DNA from: Podarcis tiliguerta
Lineage: Eukaryota
Direction: 5' to 3' (one strand)
DNA length: 64,000 bases
Assembly: GCA_965153285.1 (NCBI GenBank)
Contig: OZ229115.1
Shown: positions 47,101-58,530 of the stretch, one piece after another
Position numbering within the stretch: the stretch's first letter is position 1
Layout: each line of letters starts with the position of its first letter
Notes under the pieces: model-generated
What the model was told of the DNA's origin: nothing
The model's database searches: none
The model's input: only the letters and a program-made list of their open reading frames with translations
Translations under genes and position numbers: made by a program

Positions 47101-50100
47101 GTAAGGTCCAAAGCCAGTCAGTGAGCTTCATGGCTAAGTGGGGATTTGAACCCTGGTCTTCCAGACCCTGCCTAGTACCATAGTCTTCACCGCAATGCTT
47201 CTGCCAGTTCCAGAACCTAGTGTAATGAAAGCTCATCTTCTGGTAGACAAAGAGAAGATTTGGAAGCACAGGTTCTGCAGAAAGACCAATGGCTAGCTAA
47301 TGATTCAAGTCAAGATTTGTGGACTGTGATTAACTGCTTGACAAAAAGGATTTACAAACAGCTTTAGAGGATTATCTATTTTCCTCCTGTATTAGTTTTG
47401 AACTGCTTGTCCTTCACATTGTATCTCACTTCTCTTATGAATTGGCTGTTCAGCCAGTAAATCCTTCACAAGCAGAATTAAAACCAATGTTTGGAAAGTG
47501 CAATCAATTTTGCATTGAACACTACATATTCCTTGTCAGTAAATGTGATTCAGAGTAACCCTACTCATATTCATTCTACATTGTAATTATAATATAGAAT
47601 TATAATTAGTGGCAATTATAATTCTTGCTCCAAAAGCACTTTGCATGTCATTTCAGTTCTTGCCCAGGTCTTTCCTGAGGCTTCCCTGATGAACAGCTCA
47701 GCTTATCAGCTGGGTAGCTTCCTCATGTTTGACCTCACTGTCTTCATAGTTTGAATAGCAGGAAAAAATGCAGTGCCCAGTTCTTTAATGTTAAGGCAAA
47801 AAAGGAGATGTCACAAGAGGACATACTTTCAGTTGAGTTAAAAATTGGTTGACTGCAGAGACTTCAGAAGGTGGTGTACTGTTGCAAAAAAGCTGCTTCA
47901 ATAGCAGTTTTTTAAAACAATAGCAAGCTTCTGATAATTAAGCAGATACCATGCACATTATCAGGCACAGCCCTTTCCCTTTCTGTAGCAAATCACTATT
48001 GCTGTGATATGAGGCAGAGGAGATGCAACCTGTTCCCAATTTCCTGTAGGTTTTGGAGGCCTGCTTTTGGGCTTTTAAACAACTGTAATAAAAGACACTC
48101 AACAGGTTTAGAGAAGGTGGGAATGGTTACAGAAATTAGTTTAACCATGGGTGCGGTACTAGACGGAGACCACAATGCTTCACTGAAACTAGTTTATGAG
48201 TTTCAATGTATGAATGCATTGTGTCAGTAGACAAGAGATTTTGATAGCAGAGGGGACAAGGAAAGAAGGGGGGAGCAGAGAGAAGGATAAGGGCTATTTT
48301 TTAAGAATGGAGAACGAACAAGCATCTAGAAGGAAAAACAGGCTAAAGTTTTAACAGACTAAAATGTTAAAATGCTGCTTTGAACCAGAGTATTCAAAGC
48401 CACACCCCTACTATAATCTTGAACCTTCAGAAGGAACTGCCTACTTCAGTCTTCCTATGCTCTAGAAAACATACGTAATCGGGAATAGTTTCCATGAAAA
48501 CAATGTTCCTTTCTCCATGACAGAAACATTGAACCAGCTCTTTAACAGGCTTGAATGCTCATTTTTATACTTCACCTTTTCTTCAACTGTAGAGTCATTT
48601 TCTTTATCCTCTTCGACTGCAGAGTCATTTTCTTTATCCTCTTCAACTGCAGAGTCATTTTCTTTATCCTCTTCAACTGCAGAGTCATTTTCTTTATCCT
48701 CTTCAACTTTATCTTCCTCTTCTGATCCTTCCATCTCTACAATAATAGTTTCTTATTAATATACAACCAACTGTTTATACATCCATTTTACTTGACTATT
48801 TGTTTTATTCAGCTGTGAAATTCTTCCACCACTATTACACTTCCAACCTATGTGTTCATGAGGGTTGGCTTGGTAGGTTTCTGTGCAATCTGCAACATGT
48901 GTTTATACAAAGCTTTGAGGGGGAGCTACATAGATTAAAATATTCAGCGTTAGGATATTCTTTCTCCTTTATGCTGCTTGCATGGCACCCCCTGGCATGT
49001 CAGTTAAAAAGAATTTGAACAAGTTTTAATACTTTTACAGCTTCCCCATAGAAGTTTTGTTTTCATAGTAACAGGGGAGACAAAGAGAAGAGCTTTAAAA
49101 CTGCACTCCTTAGAAGTAGTCGCATTTCATAGTTAAGATAAAACAGAAATATTAATATTTCTAGTTAAGTGTCATTGCATGGCTTCTTAGGGAAACTGAC
49201 AGGTATGTACTATTGGGTGTCAGGCACAGAAACTTACATAAACTATGGGATAGCTCAGACACCTATTCTGCAGTGTCAGGGAACATATACCCTCTTATGG
49301 AGCAAGAAATCTGACTTCCTACCAGCTATTCAGTAATCCAGATGCCCAGCAAGCACAATCTCAAACTGCCTTATGCTCAACAGCCTTCATGTAACAACTA
49401 CTACAGAAGCCAAGGGGAAAAGTATTGCTGTAAACACCGGACTTCAAACTAGAACAGGGATGGCTATCTTGTATTCTTCTAGATGTTGCTAAACCACAAC
49501 TCCCACCAGCTCCAGCCAACGTGGCCAAAATAATTAGGGATTATGGAGTTTTAGTTCAGCAGTATCTAGAGGGTCATGCTTTTAAGCTACTCTTGGACTA
49601 GAAATGCATAGAACGAGGCTCCAGTTGCCAGAGCAAACTTGCCACTGTACTGTATCCCTATTATTTATTGCTATTAGTCACTTTTTTCAAATAGGAACAC
49701 AAAGTGACTAAATATTTGTTAAACAGTTGTTTTATGCGAAGGTTTATCAGATTTACAACTATTTCACTACTTAGAATCTCACTTGTAAACAAACATTTTC
49801 AAGGTATTATAAGGTAGTTAAACAGCAATGCTAAAGCAAGAGAAGCAGGACATGAAAGCTGTGGTGTCTATTACCTGCACTTGTTTCTAGTTATAGGCCT
49901 CAAAGCATGATAGGTTTTAGGTTGTTTAATACAGGTCATTAAGCCAGCACCCTCGTGTTGCTGTATTTTTGTGGATCTGGTTGTCAATATATATTCTAGT
50001 ACTATGCTTTTAATTGTTCAGAGTTAATCTTGCATTCACATAAAAACATGCAGTGAACATCCATTCAGTGTTCTCTATGAGCCATTGCTTTCTATATTTG

Positions 50101-53100
50101 CTGCTCATGCAAACCAGTCCCCAAAAAAGCCAATAATTTATTGCTCAACTTGTTAGTTTTGTTTCAATTCAACTGTTCCTTGCAGCTTCAAAATTCTCCT
50201 TGGGTGGATTCATCCCTGTGGCACAGAGAATTCTGAATGGATTAGTCTTACTAAGGGTTAGCTCTCTAAATAGATCCACCCACAAGTGTCTTCTATCCCT
50301 GTTACCTTCGCCCTCTCCCATCTCGTCATCCTTTTCTTCTTCCTTTTCTACCTTAGGAGCAACTTCAGCTTTTTCTTCTGGTTGTATTTCATGTGACTGC
50401 TTGATGCTCCCTGAAGGAGTAGTTTCATTTGGAGCTGAAGGTTCTCCTTCTCTTGAATCCAATGTTTCTTCCTTCTCTTTCAAGTTCACCACCACCTGTT
50501 CTGTGGCAGGCTTCATGTCCTCTGTCTTTTCAGCAGTAGCTTTAGCTGGTTGTTCTTTTTCTGCCTGCCCTTCAACTTTCTCAACAGCTGTCATTAATTC
50601 TCTCTCTAACTCACCTGAAGCTTTTACCAATTCCTCTACTATTGGATTCTTTTCTACAATTGCGTCTGCCTGCTTTTCTACCTCCTCTTCTCTCCTCTCT
50701 TGAGCTGCTATCTCAACTACCTTCTCTTTCCCAGGTGCTTCCCCTGCAGCCACTTCTTTTTCTAAAGTAGTATCTCCCCCAGCTGCTTCTGCAACCTCTT
50801 CTATTACTGGATTAACTTTCACAGCAGCATCTTCCGAAACCACCACTTTGTGTACAGCAGCATCTTCCCTAGCCTCTTCTACCACCACTGGCTTATCTTC
50901 TCCAGCTGTCCCTTCTGCATCCACTGGCTTCTCTTCCCTAGCAGCACCATCTTCTAATGCTACCTCAGTAGTTACTTCATTGATGTTTTGTTCTTCCGTA
51001 GTTGCCTCTACCTGCTTTTCTGCCTTCTCTTGCTCTTCCTTTTTCTCCACAACAGTGATATCTTCTCCACCCAGAGTTGCTGCTTTTTCTTTTTCTTCCT
51101 TAGCTACTTCTTCTTCCTCAACCTCTTCCATTTCAACATCCTTCGGTTGCATCTCCACTCCTGTATGCACCAGAGACTCTTCAGGATTTTTTCTGGATTC
51201 ATCTTTTTCCCCCATGGCATTATATACCTGCTCTCTTAATTCCTCCCTTGCTTCTTCTACATGTTTAAGGAAGATCAAGCACAAACAAACCTTCGAATTT
51301 AGTGATAAACATTCATGATCTTCACATCCCACCCTCCATCCCACTGATGTCTTGCTTCAAAGTTACAGGAATCAATACAATCCTTTTGGACCCTTAAACT
51401 GAGAACAAGTGCCTTCCATAACAGGGCTTGCAAGGAGTTGCGCTTAAGCAATGAGTTGTAGGCCAGCATAGTAACAGCCAAGCAAGAGATGCCAAGCTTT
51501 GTCTAGACAAGACATTGCACTGGATTGCAGAGGAAGATGCTACGAACTGAGGGACAGGGCAAGTATTGAAAATTAGACAAACTATCCACTTTCTTAAGTG
51601 AACATGGCCTATTGTCACAACATGATCTTCACAGCATCAAACCTTATTAGATGCCACTGCCCAAAAGATCTAGGCCACAATGCGCTATACACTAAACAGT
51701 TTTGCAATAAGCAGTAATACTGGGAGTTACTATTCAGTTTGTTCACAGAACCTTTGCCCAATTAGTTCATGGTTCTAGAAACAATTAGCTGACTGTCCTT
51801 AAGATCTTGAAGCATAGAAACCAATGCTTTACTAAGAAACAAAGTGAGGCCCACATGGTTCAAAACAATGCTTTAATCTATAGGTTTGTAGACACAGTGG
51901 CCTTGTTAAAAGGCAGGTTTTTAAGTTTTTTAAACAAGTTTTTGATCAATTTTATCATTAAAAAGACTTTTAGAGAGTCTTTTTAGTTGCGGTTTAAGAT
52001 TCAAACTACTTGATAATAATAAAATGACCCTTGTCTAGTATCCACTTGGAACACACACAGCTTGGCATCTCTATCATGAGTTAAGACAGCACTACATACC
52101 ATCTATATTATCAGCACTTTCTACCATTGAGTCTTCTGTTTTTTCTTCCTCTTCTTCCACCTGCACTCCTTCCAAGGCATTTCCCAGCACACCATTTTCC
52201 ATTCTAGAAGATGTAAGTAGGCATTGCTGTTATCTTTTCCCTCACCAGTTTTAGCATTCAAAGCAAGAACTCAAGGCTGTATTGATGTAGCATAAGAACA
52301 CCAGTTAACAGATCCTGCTCCAGGCATCCTGGAAGCAAATACATATTTGGTTGACAAGGAAGAGCAACCAAAGTTTGTTGACCTGATTATGTAGCTCTAG
52401 AATGGCTGCCACTATTCTGAGAAAAGGTTACAAAAGGTAACTTCAGTTCTGTGTGCAGGAGAAACTGGTGAAGTGGATTCCAGTCCATGTAAAATTATAT
52501 TAACTTTCCTAATCTAGATTAACTATTCAAACCACCAAGTGGCCCAAAGCAGGTCACATTAACTTACCTTGCCAATTCCAGAAGTGATTTCCCGTAAAAA
52601 AAGTAAGCTTCTGCACACTCATTTCCAGTTTCACCATACTTATTAGCCCTAAAAAGAGATTACCAGAGTGGATTAATATAAGTCATGTTTCCCATTTACA
52701 CAAGCGGCGAAAATTGTGGAAACCTTTGGGGGAAAGTTTATTTCCAAGGTTTGATGGCTCATAACACCACTTTTTTTTTAGTAATACCATAAAATTATGT
52801 ATCAAAGGAAACATAATTTAATGAAGAATGTAATGCAACAAGGTTTGTTCAATTATCTGTATCCTATCAAAAGTTAGAGCCAAATAATCAGTAAAATGAA
52901 TGCTTTAGAGAGCCAATCAGGTGTCATTATTTAGGAAATGATGGCTCATAACATCACTTTTTTGGGGAATAATACCATAAAATTATATATCAATGGAAAG
53001 ATAATTTAATGAAGAATGCAATTCAATAACTTTTATGAAGGATTATTTATTACAACAGAAATAAGGAGGACATTTGTCAGTGTGCTGTGATTGCTATCAA

Positions 53101-56100
53101 GTTGGTTGCGTTTTGTTGTGTTTTTTGTTCTTTCATTTAGTCAGCTTGTAAACCCAGTCAGATAGGTGACATATAAATAAGTTGTTGTTTGTTATGGTGG
53201 TGAAAGCAGAGTCAAGCAGAAAGCAACAACACTGGAAGGAAGACACACACAATTGTCCAGTGTTCACATTCCTGTATTTTTGTACTTTATCTCAAACAGT
53301 CATGGCTACTGGTCATAATGGAATATTTTAACGACTTTCCCCCTATAGGTTAACAAAAATGGAATCTTATAAAAGGTGTAGACTCCAACAAATAGGAAAA
53401 AACCTGGTTGTACCAAATAACAGGCATTTAGTTTTAAGGCAGCATTTAGATGTCAGATTTGCCCCAGTGTTCAACAAATATATGAAGTAATACACTAGTG
53501 GCCAAAATTGTTGTATTTCCAAGGTTTGATGGCTCATAACGCCACTTTTTTGAGTAATACAATAAAATTATATATTAATGGAAAGATAATTTAATGAAGA
53601 ATGTAATGGAACAAGTTTTGTTCAATTATCTGTACTCTATCAAGCATTATAGCCAAATAACCAGAAAAAGCGTTTAGAGAGCCAATCAGGTGTCATATTG
53701 TTTTGGCAATGATGGCTCATAAACCACCTTTTCTGAAGTAATACCATAACATTATGTATCAATGGAAAGATAATTTAATGAAGAATGCAATGCAATAACT
53801 TATTATTGAGCAGACTAGAGATCATTTTCATTCAGTGGAACTAAACATTTATGTTTGCTAGTTGGACTGTAAATAATCATTTGAAAAAATGATTGAACTG
53901 GCTCTTGATTTAAATAGGAAGCCTCTGTTAACTATGTAGCTGGTAGAGAAACTACTTCATTTTAAAGAATAACTGTAGCAAACATGCTTTGGTTAAGATA
54001 TAATATTGACAGCACGGTTATTTGAGAATTTATTACATTTAAAATTCCAGAAAATCCAAACCAAGTTTTAAAATCTATTTAAAAATACACCTTTTTAATC
54101 TACCTGCAGATTATATCCCCTGCCCTTTCCACATAGTATCAGGAAGTATTAAAATGGACAATATTTTATTCAACAGAAATACTGACACATACATACACAG
54201 GCCATATGGCTTGAGAAAAAGTTTTGTCCAAATTATTTGGGGGTGGGGAGACATACTTTGGAAGTTCTCCTGAATTCCATCTTTTCACTGGAGTGGCTTC
54301 CACTGCTAGGTGGTTATGCCCAGTTAAGTCTGGTTACTGGACCAGGATAACCTAGTGTCAGTTGCCTAAGCTCTAGCATGGAGTCTTGGAAACTAAATAC
54401 AGTATCTAAAAAATACTCCAGTACCAATCATCTCAGTCCCTACAGTAAGCAGGTGATGCCTTGGTGATACAACCACCAGATCTGCTTGGTTTGCACTGAC
54501 CCACAACAGGGCTTTTTTGGTGTTAGTTCTCTTTCCAGTGAGCTGTGCCTATTGCCATTATTAACTTTCATGAGAAATTTGAAAATATTCCTGGTTATGC
54601 AGGAATTTGGTGGCCGAATTTCCTGGCAACCTTGAGATCACTGGATGGAATAATTATTTTTTTTTAAAAAAAAACTAATTGTTTTTATAATGTTCTAACA
54701 CTTTTAGAATGTTTCTGCTTTGCTTTCTGAAGTGTGGATCTGTTTGCCACCCTGGGGTTCCTCATGGGGAATATAAATTCAATAACTAAGTAAACAAATA
54801 ATGTGCTAAAGTTACTTTCATTCATTTTCCAAAACAGGAGCTGTGTTAAAAAAAAAAATCTTCTACATACAGTGAACCCTCTGGATACTGATTTAATTTG
54901 TTCTGGGGGTCCATGTGCACCCCAAAAAATCCATAACCAGAGGCGCCACTTCTGTGCATGTGCAAGCGGCGTAACACAGAAAAATACTTCCAGGTTTGCC
55001 ACGTTCGTGACCTGAAGGTTACATATCCAGAGAGGTACGAAACTCAAGGGTCCACTGAACTTGAGAGTAACCCTGTAAAACCCAGTGGGGTTTACTTTTC
55101 GGTAGATCTACATAGAATAAAGAATTCTAATTTGGGAAAGAAAAAAATGAAGCAGTCTTTATTGCAGATATTAATTCAGAATACTTGTTTCTGGCTCTGT
55201 GCACCACTAGCATGCAGTTCTCCACTGACTACCCCCAAGAGAATGCAGCCCATAACAGAAAGAAAAAAGGTTGTTATCCATAAGATAGGCTAAATTCCCT
55301 TCATCAAATGAAAATTCAACTGAAAGAATAAATCTCATTACTTACAACAGAGAAGCAGCTTCCTGAAATGCATTAACAGCAGCTGGAATATCTCCCATTA
55401 CCAGATTTTTCTGCCCCAAGCCGAGGTATTTCTTGGCTTCTGCATCCACATCCATACTAGAAAAATAGAAACAAGGTTCTAGTTACAGGTAGGTAGCCGT
55501 ATTGGTCTGCCATAGTCGAAACATAATAAAAAAATTCCTCCCAGTAGCACCTTAGAGACCAACTAAGTTACGTTATTGGTATGAGCTTTCGTGTACATGC
55601 ACACTTCAGGTAAACTAACTTAGTTGGTCTCTAAGGTGCTACTGGAAGAAACCAGGTTGTTAGCCATAGCTGTTAGAAGCAAGGTTGGTCATTATTTACC
55701 TTTTTTACTATAGTAAATCAAGAGTGTCAGTGTTTAAAAACTGCTCGTTTCATTCATCTATTCCAATCAATGTAACTAGTAAAGGTAAAGGTAAAGGTAC
55801 CCCTGCCCGTACGGGCCAGTCTTGACAGACTCTAGGGTTGTGCGCCCATCTCACTCAAAGAGGCCGGGGGCCAGTGCTGTCCGAAGACACCGGGTCACGT
55901 GGCCAGCGTGACATCGCTGCTCTGGCGAGCCAGAGCCGCACACGGAAACACCGTTTACCTTCCCGCTAGTAAGCGGTCCCTATTTATCTACTTGCACCCG
56001 AGAGTGCTTTCGAACTGCTAGGTTGGCAGGCGCTGGGACCGAACAGCGGGAGCGCACCCCGCCGCGGGGATTCGAACCGCCGACCTTTCGATCGGCAAGC

Positions 56101-56292
56101 CCTAGGCGCTGAGGCTTTTACCCACAGCGCCACCCGCGTCCCTAGTAGTAGGGACTAGTAGTAGCTGACTATTACAGGAAGATCGTTACACTACTCTATT
56201 TCAAACACACATACACTATTCTTACATCTAATTATATCTTACCTCTCAGTTTTGTCAGCGGAAGTAGAAGGAGCAGCAGATTCTTCCGCCAT
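41129..56292 (-). CDS. NASP: Nuclear autoantigenic sperm protein (H3-H4/H1 histone chaperone, SHNi-TPR); tNASP about 755 aa, sNASP about 438 aa
   Basis: Exons: 56243-56292 ([16 protein letters not shown]), 55346-55456 ([23 protein letters not shown]), 52568-52648 ([18 protein letters not shown]), 52100-52203 ([12 protein letters not shown]), 50306-51256 (951-nt acidic tNASP cassette), 48576-48736, 46505-46581 ([13 protein letters not shown]), 46344-46417 ([12 protein letters not shown]), 45092-45280 ([13 protein letters not shown]), 44649-44815 ([11 protein letters not shown]), 43939-43995, 43783-43854 (DISHLVRKK), 41634-41762 (NLS, KKSK), 41129-41173 (stop). 2268 nt in total. Confidence 0.97.
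42075..43184. mobile_element. L1-clade LINE 3' insertion with 5' inversion (twin priming)
   Basis: The minus-strand part 42075-~42685 encodes a CCHC knuckle ([18 protein letters not shown]) and [15 protein letters not shown]. The plus-strand part from about 42688 continues DYVEMAQLT...QKWEMF, then 3'UTR, AATAAA and poly(A). TSD core gggtatctt at 42066-42074 and 43189-43197. Confidence 0.85.
43590..43725. mobile_element. Palindromic hAT-like MITE
   Basis: Long self-complementary arms (taggcaaacttggccctccagatgttttgggac / gtcccaaaacatctggagggccaagtttgccta); imperfect 8-bp TSD gcttaagt/gttcaagt. Older related copies at about 21990-22110 and 49478-49575. Confidence 0.85.
45675..45895 (+). mobile_element. 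L2-type LINE 3' fragment
   Basis: agggccttc...ccctgtggaatgccttccc...ttttagaagacatctgaag...gtaagccacccagagtggc...(TTA)n tail. Confidence 0.6.
47055..47185 (-). mobile_element. tRNA-derived (MIR/Squam-like) SINE fragment
   Basis: ccccattttatcctcac...gtgagcttcatggctaagtggggatttgaaccctggtct (reverse B box). Similar decayed copies at about 14410-14530 and 19160-19250. Confidence 0.55.
48581..48708 (-). repeat. Coding 30-nt tandem repeat in a NASP exon: ([10 protein letters not shown]) x about 4.3
   Basis: Units cttcaactgcagagtcattttctttatcct start at 48581, 48611, 48641 and 48671, plus a partial copy; only two substitutions in total. Confidence 0.95.
52698..53803 (+). repeat. Two copies of about 310-335 bp of a Tc1-like element fragment (52698-53032 and 53491-53803), each with an internal duplication of about 85 nt
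   Basis: Both begin TACAC(A/T)AG(C/T)GGC(G/C)AAAATTGT, share tatttccaaggtttgatggctcataac...gataatttaatgaagaatg, and end at caataactt. Confidence 0.7.
55485..55648. mobile_element. Penelope-like element remnant with inverted terminal segment
   Basis: caggtaggtagccgt..ggtctg...ccagtagcaccttagagaccaactaagtt...gagctttcgtg followed by the inverted copy aacttagttggtctctaaggtgctactgg. Confidence 0.65.
55781..56142 (-). mobile_element. Full-length Sauria SINE (young, CpG-rich)
   Basis: Minus strand starts GGGACGCGGGTGGCGCTGTGGG (A box), has the GGTTCGAATCCC B box, and ends in an (ACCTTT)n tail; flanked by ctagta-like repeats. Confidence 0.9.
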
Positions 56293-57299
56293 TCTGAAAC
56301 TGAAAATTCTAAAGTTAGAATACTTAGGAATGTAACTGTATAAGAATACTTAGGAATGTTACTGTAACGTTACAGTAACTGTAATGTATGCTTTATAAAT
56401 AGAATTATAGCAAATTAAGAGTAAGGACCATCAATGGTACATTATGCCCTACATAGGCTGCTGATGCAAATAACTATCAGCTGGCTCCTTCATGTATGCC
56501 ACAACCTTTCCCTGTTAAGTCAAAAAGCTCCCAATCAAACAGCCTGTGCACTGTTCAAGAGGCATGCTACAGTCACAGAAAATTATTTAAGAGTTTCAAT
56601 TTCATTTTGAAGGAACTTTAAAGGATTTTTGTACAGATGCCATTCTGTCAGTAGTAGAAGGTATACAAAGTGCCAGTTGAAATTACAGCCCTCCTAACTA
56701 GTATATTTATATGGACTCCTCACACAGGCTTGTTACCAATGTAAAGAGCATACTCCAGGAACAAAAGTTGCTGCTCTCGTGGAGTTTCAGTACCAGTATC
56801 CTTGACAAACCAATTTCCAAAATTCTTCAGGCAAAACAATGTGCTTTAAATGCATGCTGGATGCATTTTAAATCATTTGACAGGTCTAGCAAAGCATAAA
56901 TTCAATAAATATTGGAAACAATGAGCAGTATTACAGTGACTTAGAAGTCCTCCTCTGCTATATTGCTGAGGGACCACAGTCCCTTAAACGACACTTGCTC
57001 CATAAGGGGAGGTGTAAAAACAAATCAAGTCTGTTATAGTACTGTATAGGCTACACCACACCACACAAGGGCTGTACAGGTCTTTTATCAATATCCAGAT
57101 GACTCTTGGCTAGGGAACTATCACTATGCGAGTTTCTAGACTCTTACAAGTTACAATCTCTCCAGCAGAAAATAATAATGAAGGCCAATTAGTCCTAAGG
57201 CGAGTAACAGAATAGCGCTTCAAGGAACGCTCCCGTTTCTTTAAGTGTTCACTCGTTAACTGTGGTGAGATGAGAAAACGTCGACGGACAATTCCTTCC

Positions 57300-58530
57300 A
57301 AAAACTACAGTAAAGAAGGCATTTTCCAATTCACCCCGCAGTTCCGCTGCAACCAGCTACTTTTCGGTACCACAAATGAATTAACCCAGAGTAGACCCGA
57401 CAAGCCTTAAGCACCCCCACCCACCTTGGAGCGCACGAAAAATATACCAGAATACTAATATGCTCGGTTTATCGAACGAGTTAAAAGGCAGAGCGTTAAA
57501 AGCCGCTCTTAACTCCTCCCCCGGAGCCGCCAACGACGCTAAGAAAGTTCTCTCTGGGAGAAAGACGTTTACCTCAGCAGACAATGGGGTTCGTTTCCCG
57601 CCTCCGCCCCTCCCCTCGTCAGATCTTTTGGCGCCGAATCTCAACGGCCTCTTTCTACAGGCCGAGGCTGCCTACCACGTGACGCGGCTCTTTCCCCCCC
57701 TCTCCCCCCCGCCCCCTTATCCCTCCCTCCCTCCTTTGCGCGCGCCGGATTGATGGGCCTTGAAAATGGCGGCCTAAACTCCGAGTCGGGTCACGTGGCG
57801 TCTCGGTTTTTAAGGCGAACCGCCACCTCCGCCCCCCACGCCGTGAGAAAACGGCATGCACCAAACCGCCGGTGGGAGTAATAGGAGGTGAAAGGATGGA
57901 GGGGGGGGGGGAGAGAATGAAACAAAACGCCACGAGGTAAAGAGGACCAGAATATGCCGCCGAAAGCGAAGCTGAGGGAGAACAAATTATACGAAGGAAT
58001 ACCTGTGTGGCCGCCGCCCCCATTACTCGAACAAACAACTCGGCGTTCCCTTCGTCCTTACCCAGTTCCCGAAAAGACAAAACCTGAGCCGAACCCCGCC
58101 AGCGGCGGCGGCGGCGCCAAAGGTGATGGCAGCCCCACAACTCACCTCAAGACCCCGACGGAGTGACAACAATCAGCCGAGAAACGCAGCCCACCGCCCC
58201 TCCAGATGCTTTTATAGCCCCCTGAGGACACGCCCCAGCAGCGCGAGGCACGCTCTCAAGGCAAAGGAACTACGACTCCCAGCATGCCTCGCGCCTCCCT
58301 GTGAGGTCTTTCGGGAAGCCGGAACTCGTCCTGAGGCGAGTTGAAAATAACCGCAACCCCCTTCCCCAAAAACCCAACGGGACGAAAGTCAGAGAAACCC
58401 TCGAGCATGTTGGAAACGTCGCCTCACTCCCTCTGTCCCCCTGTTTGCTGTTTCGGGAAACGTAGTCCGCGGACTCGGAGTAAACCTAGACCACTACTTT
58501 TGTAGCATGCCGGAAAATGTAGTTCCAAGT
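57300..58530 (-). promoter_or_regulatory. NASP CpG-island promoter, non-coding exon 1 (about 58146-58185) and start of intron 1
   Basis: High CpG density. Minus-strand TATAAAA at 58210-58216; donor GAG|GTGAGT at 58146. ZNF143/THAP11-type ACTAC..TCCC motifs at 58269-58293, 58452-58468 and 58505-58526. E2F TTTTGGCGCC at 57626-57635; E-boxes CACGTG at 57676 and 57792; YY1-like AAAATGGCGGC at 57763-57773. Confidence 0.8.

Noticed and set aside
47853-47861. TCTCTGCAG (SLQ) as a possible NASP micro-exon matching the mammalian SLQ residues
   Set aside because: Not followed by a GT donor; better explained as part of the 52-nt candidate exon or as chance.
48581-48708. Regularly spaced 30-nt repeats resembling a CRISPR array
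   Set aside because: No spacers; a head-to-tail coding minisatellite within a eukaryotic exon.
50200-51318. Ser-rich + strand ORFs (167 and 156 aa)
   Set aside because: Antisense shadows of the Glu/Lys-rich tNASP exon.
56030-56142. tRNA-like A and B boxes
   Set aside because: Head of the Sauria SINE, not a tRNA gene.
57381-58344. Several overlapping ORFs of 64-161 aa
   Set aside because: Expected stop-poor frames in a GC-rich CpG island; no homology recognised.
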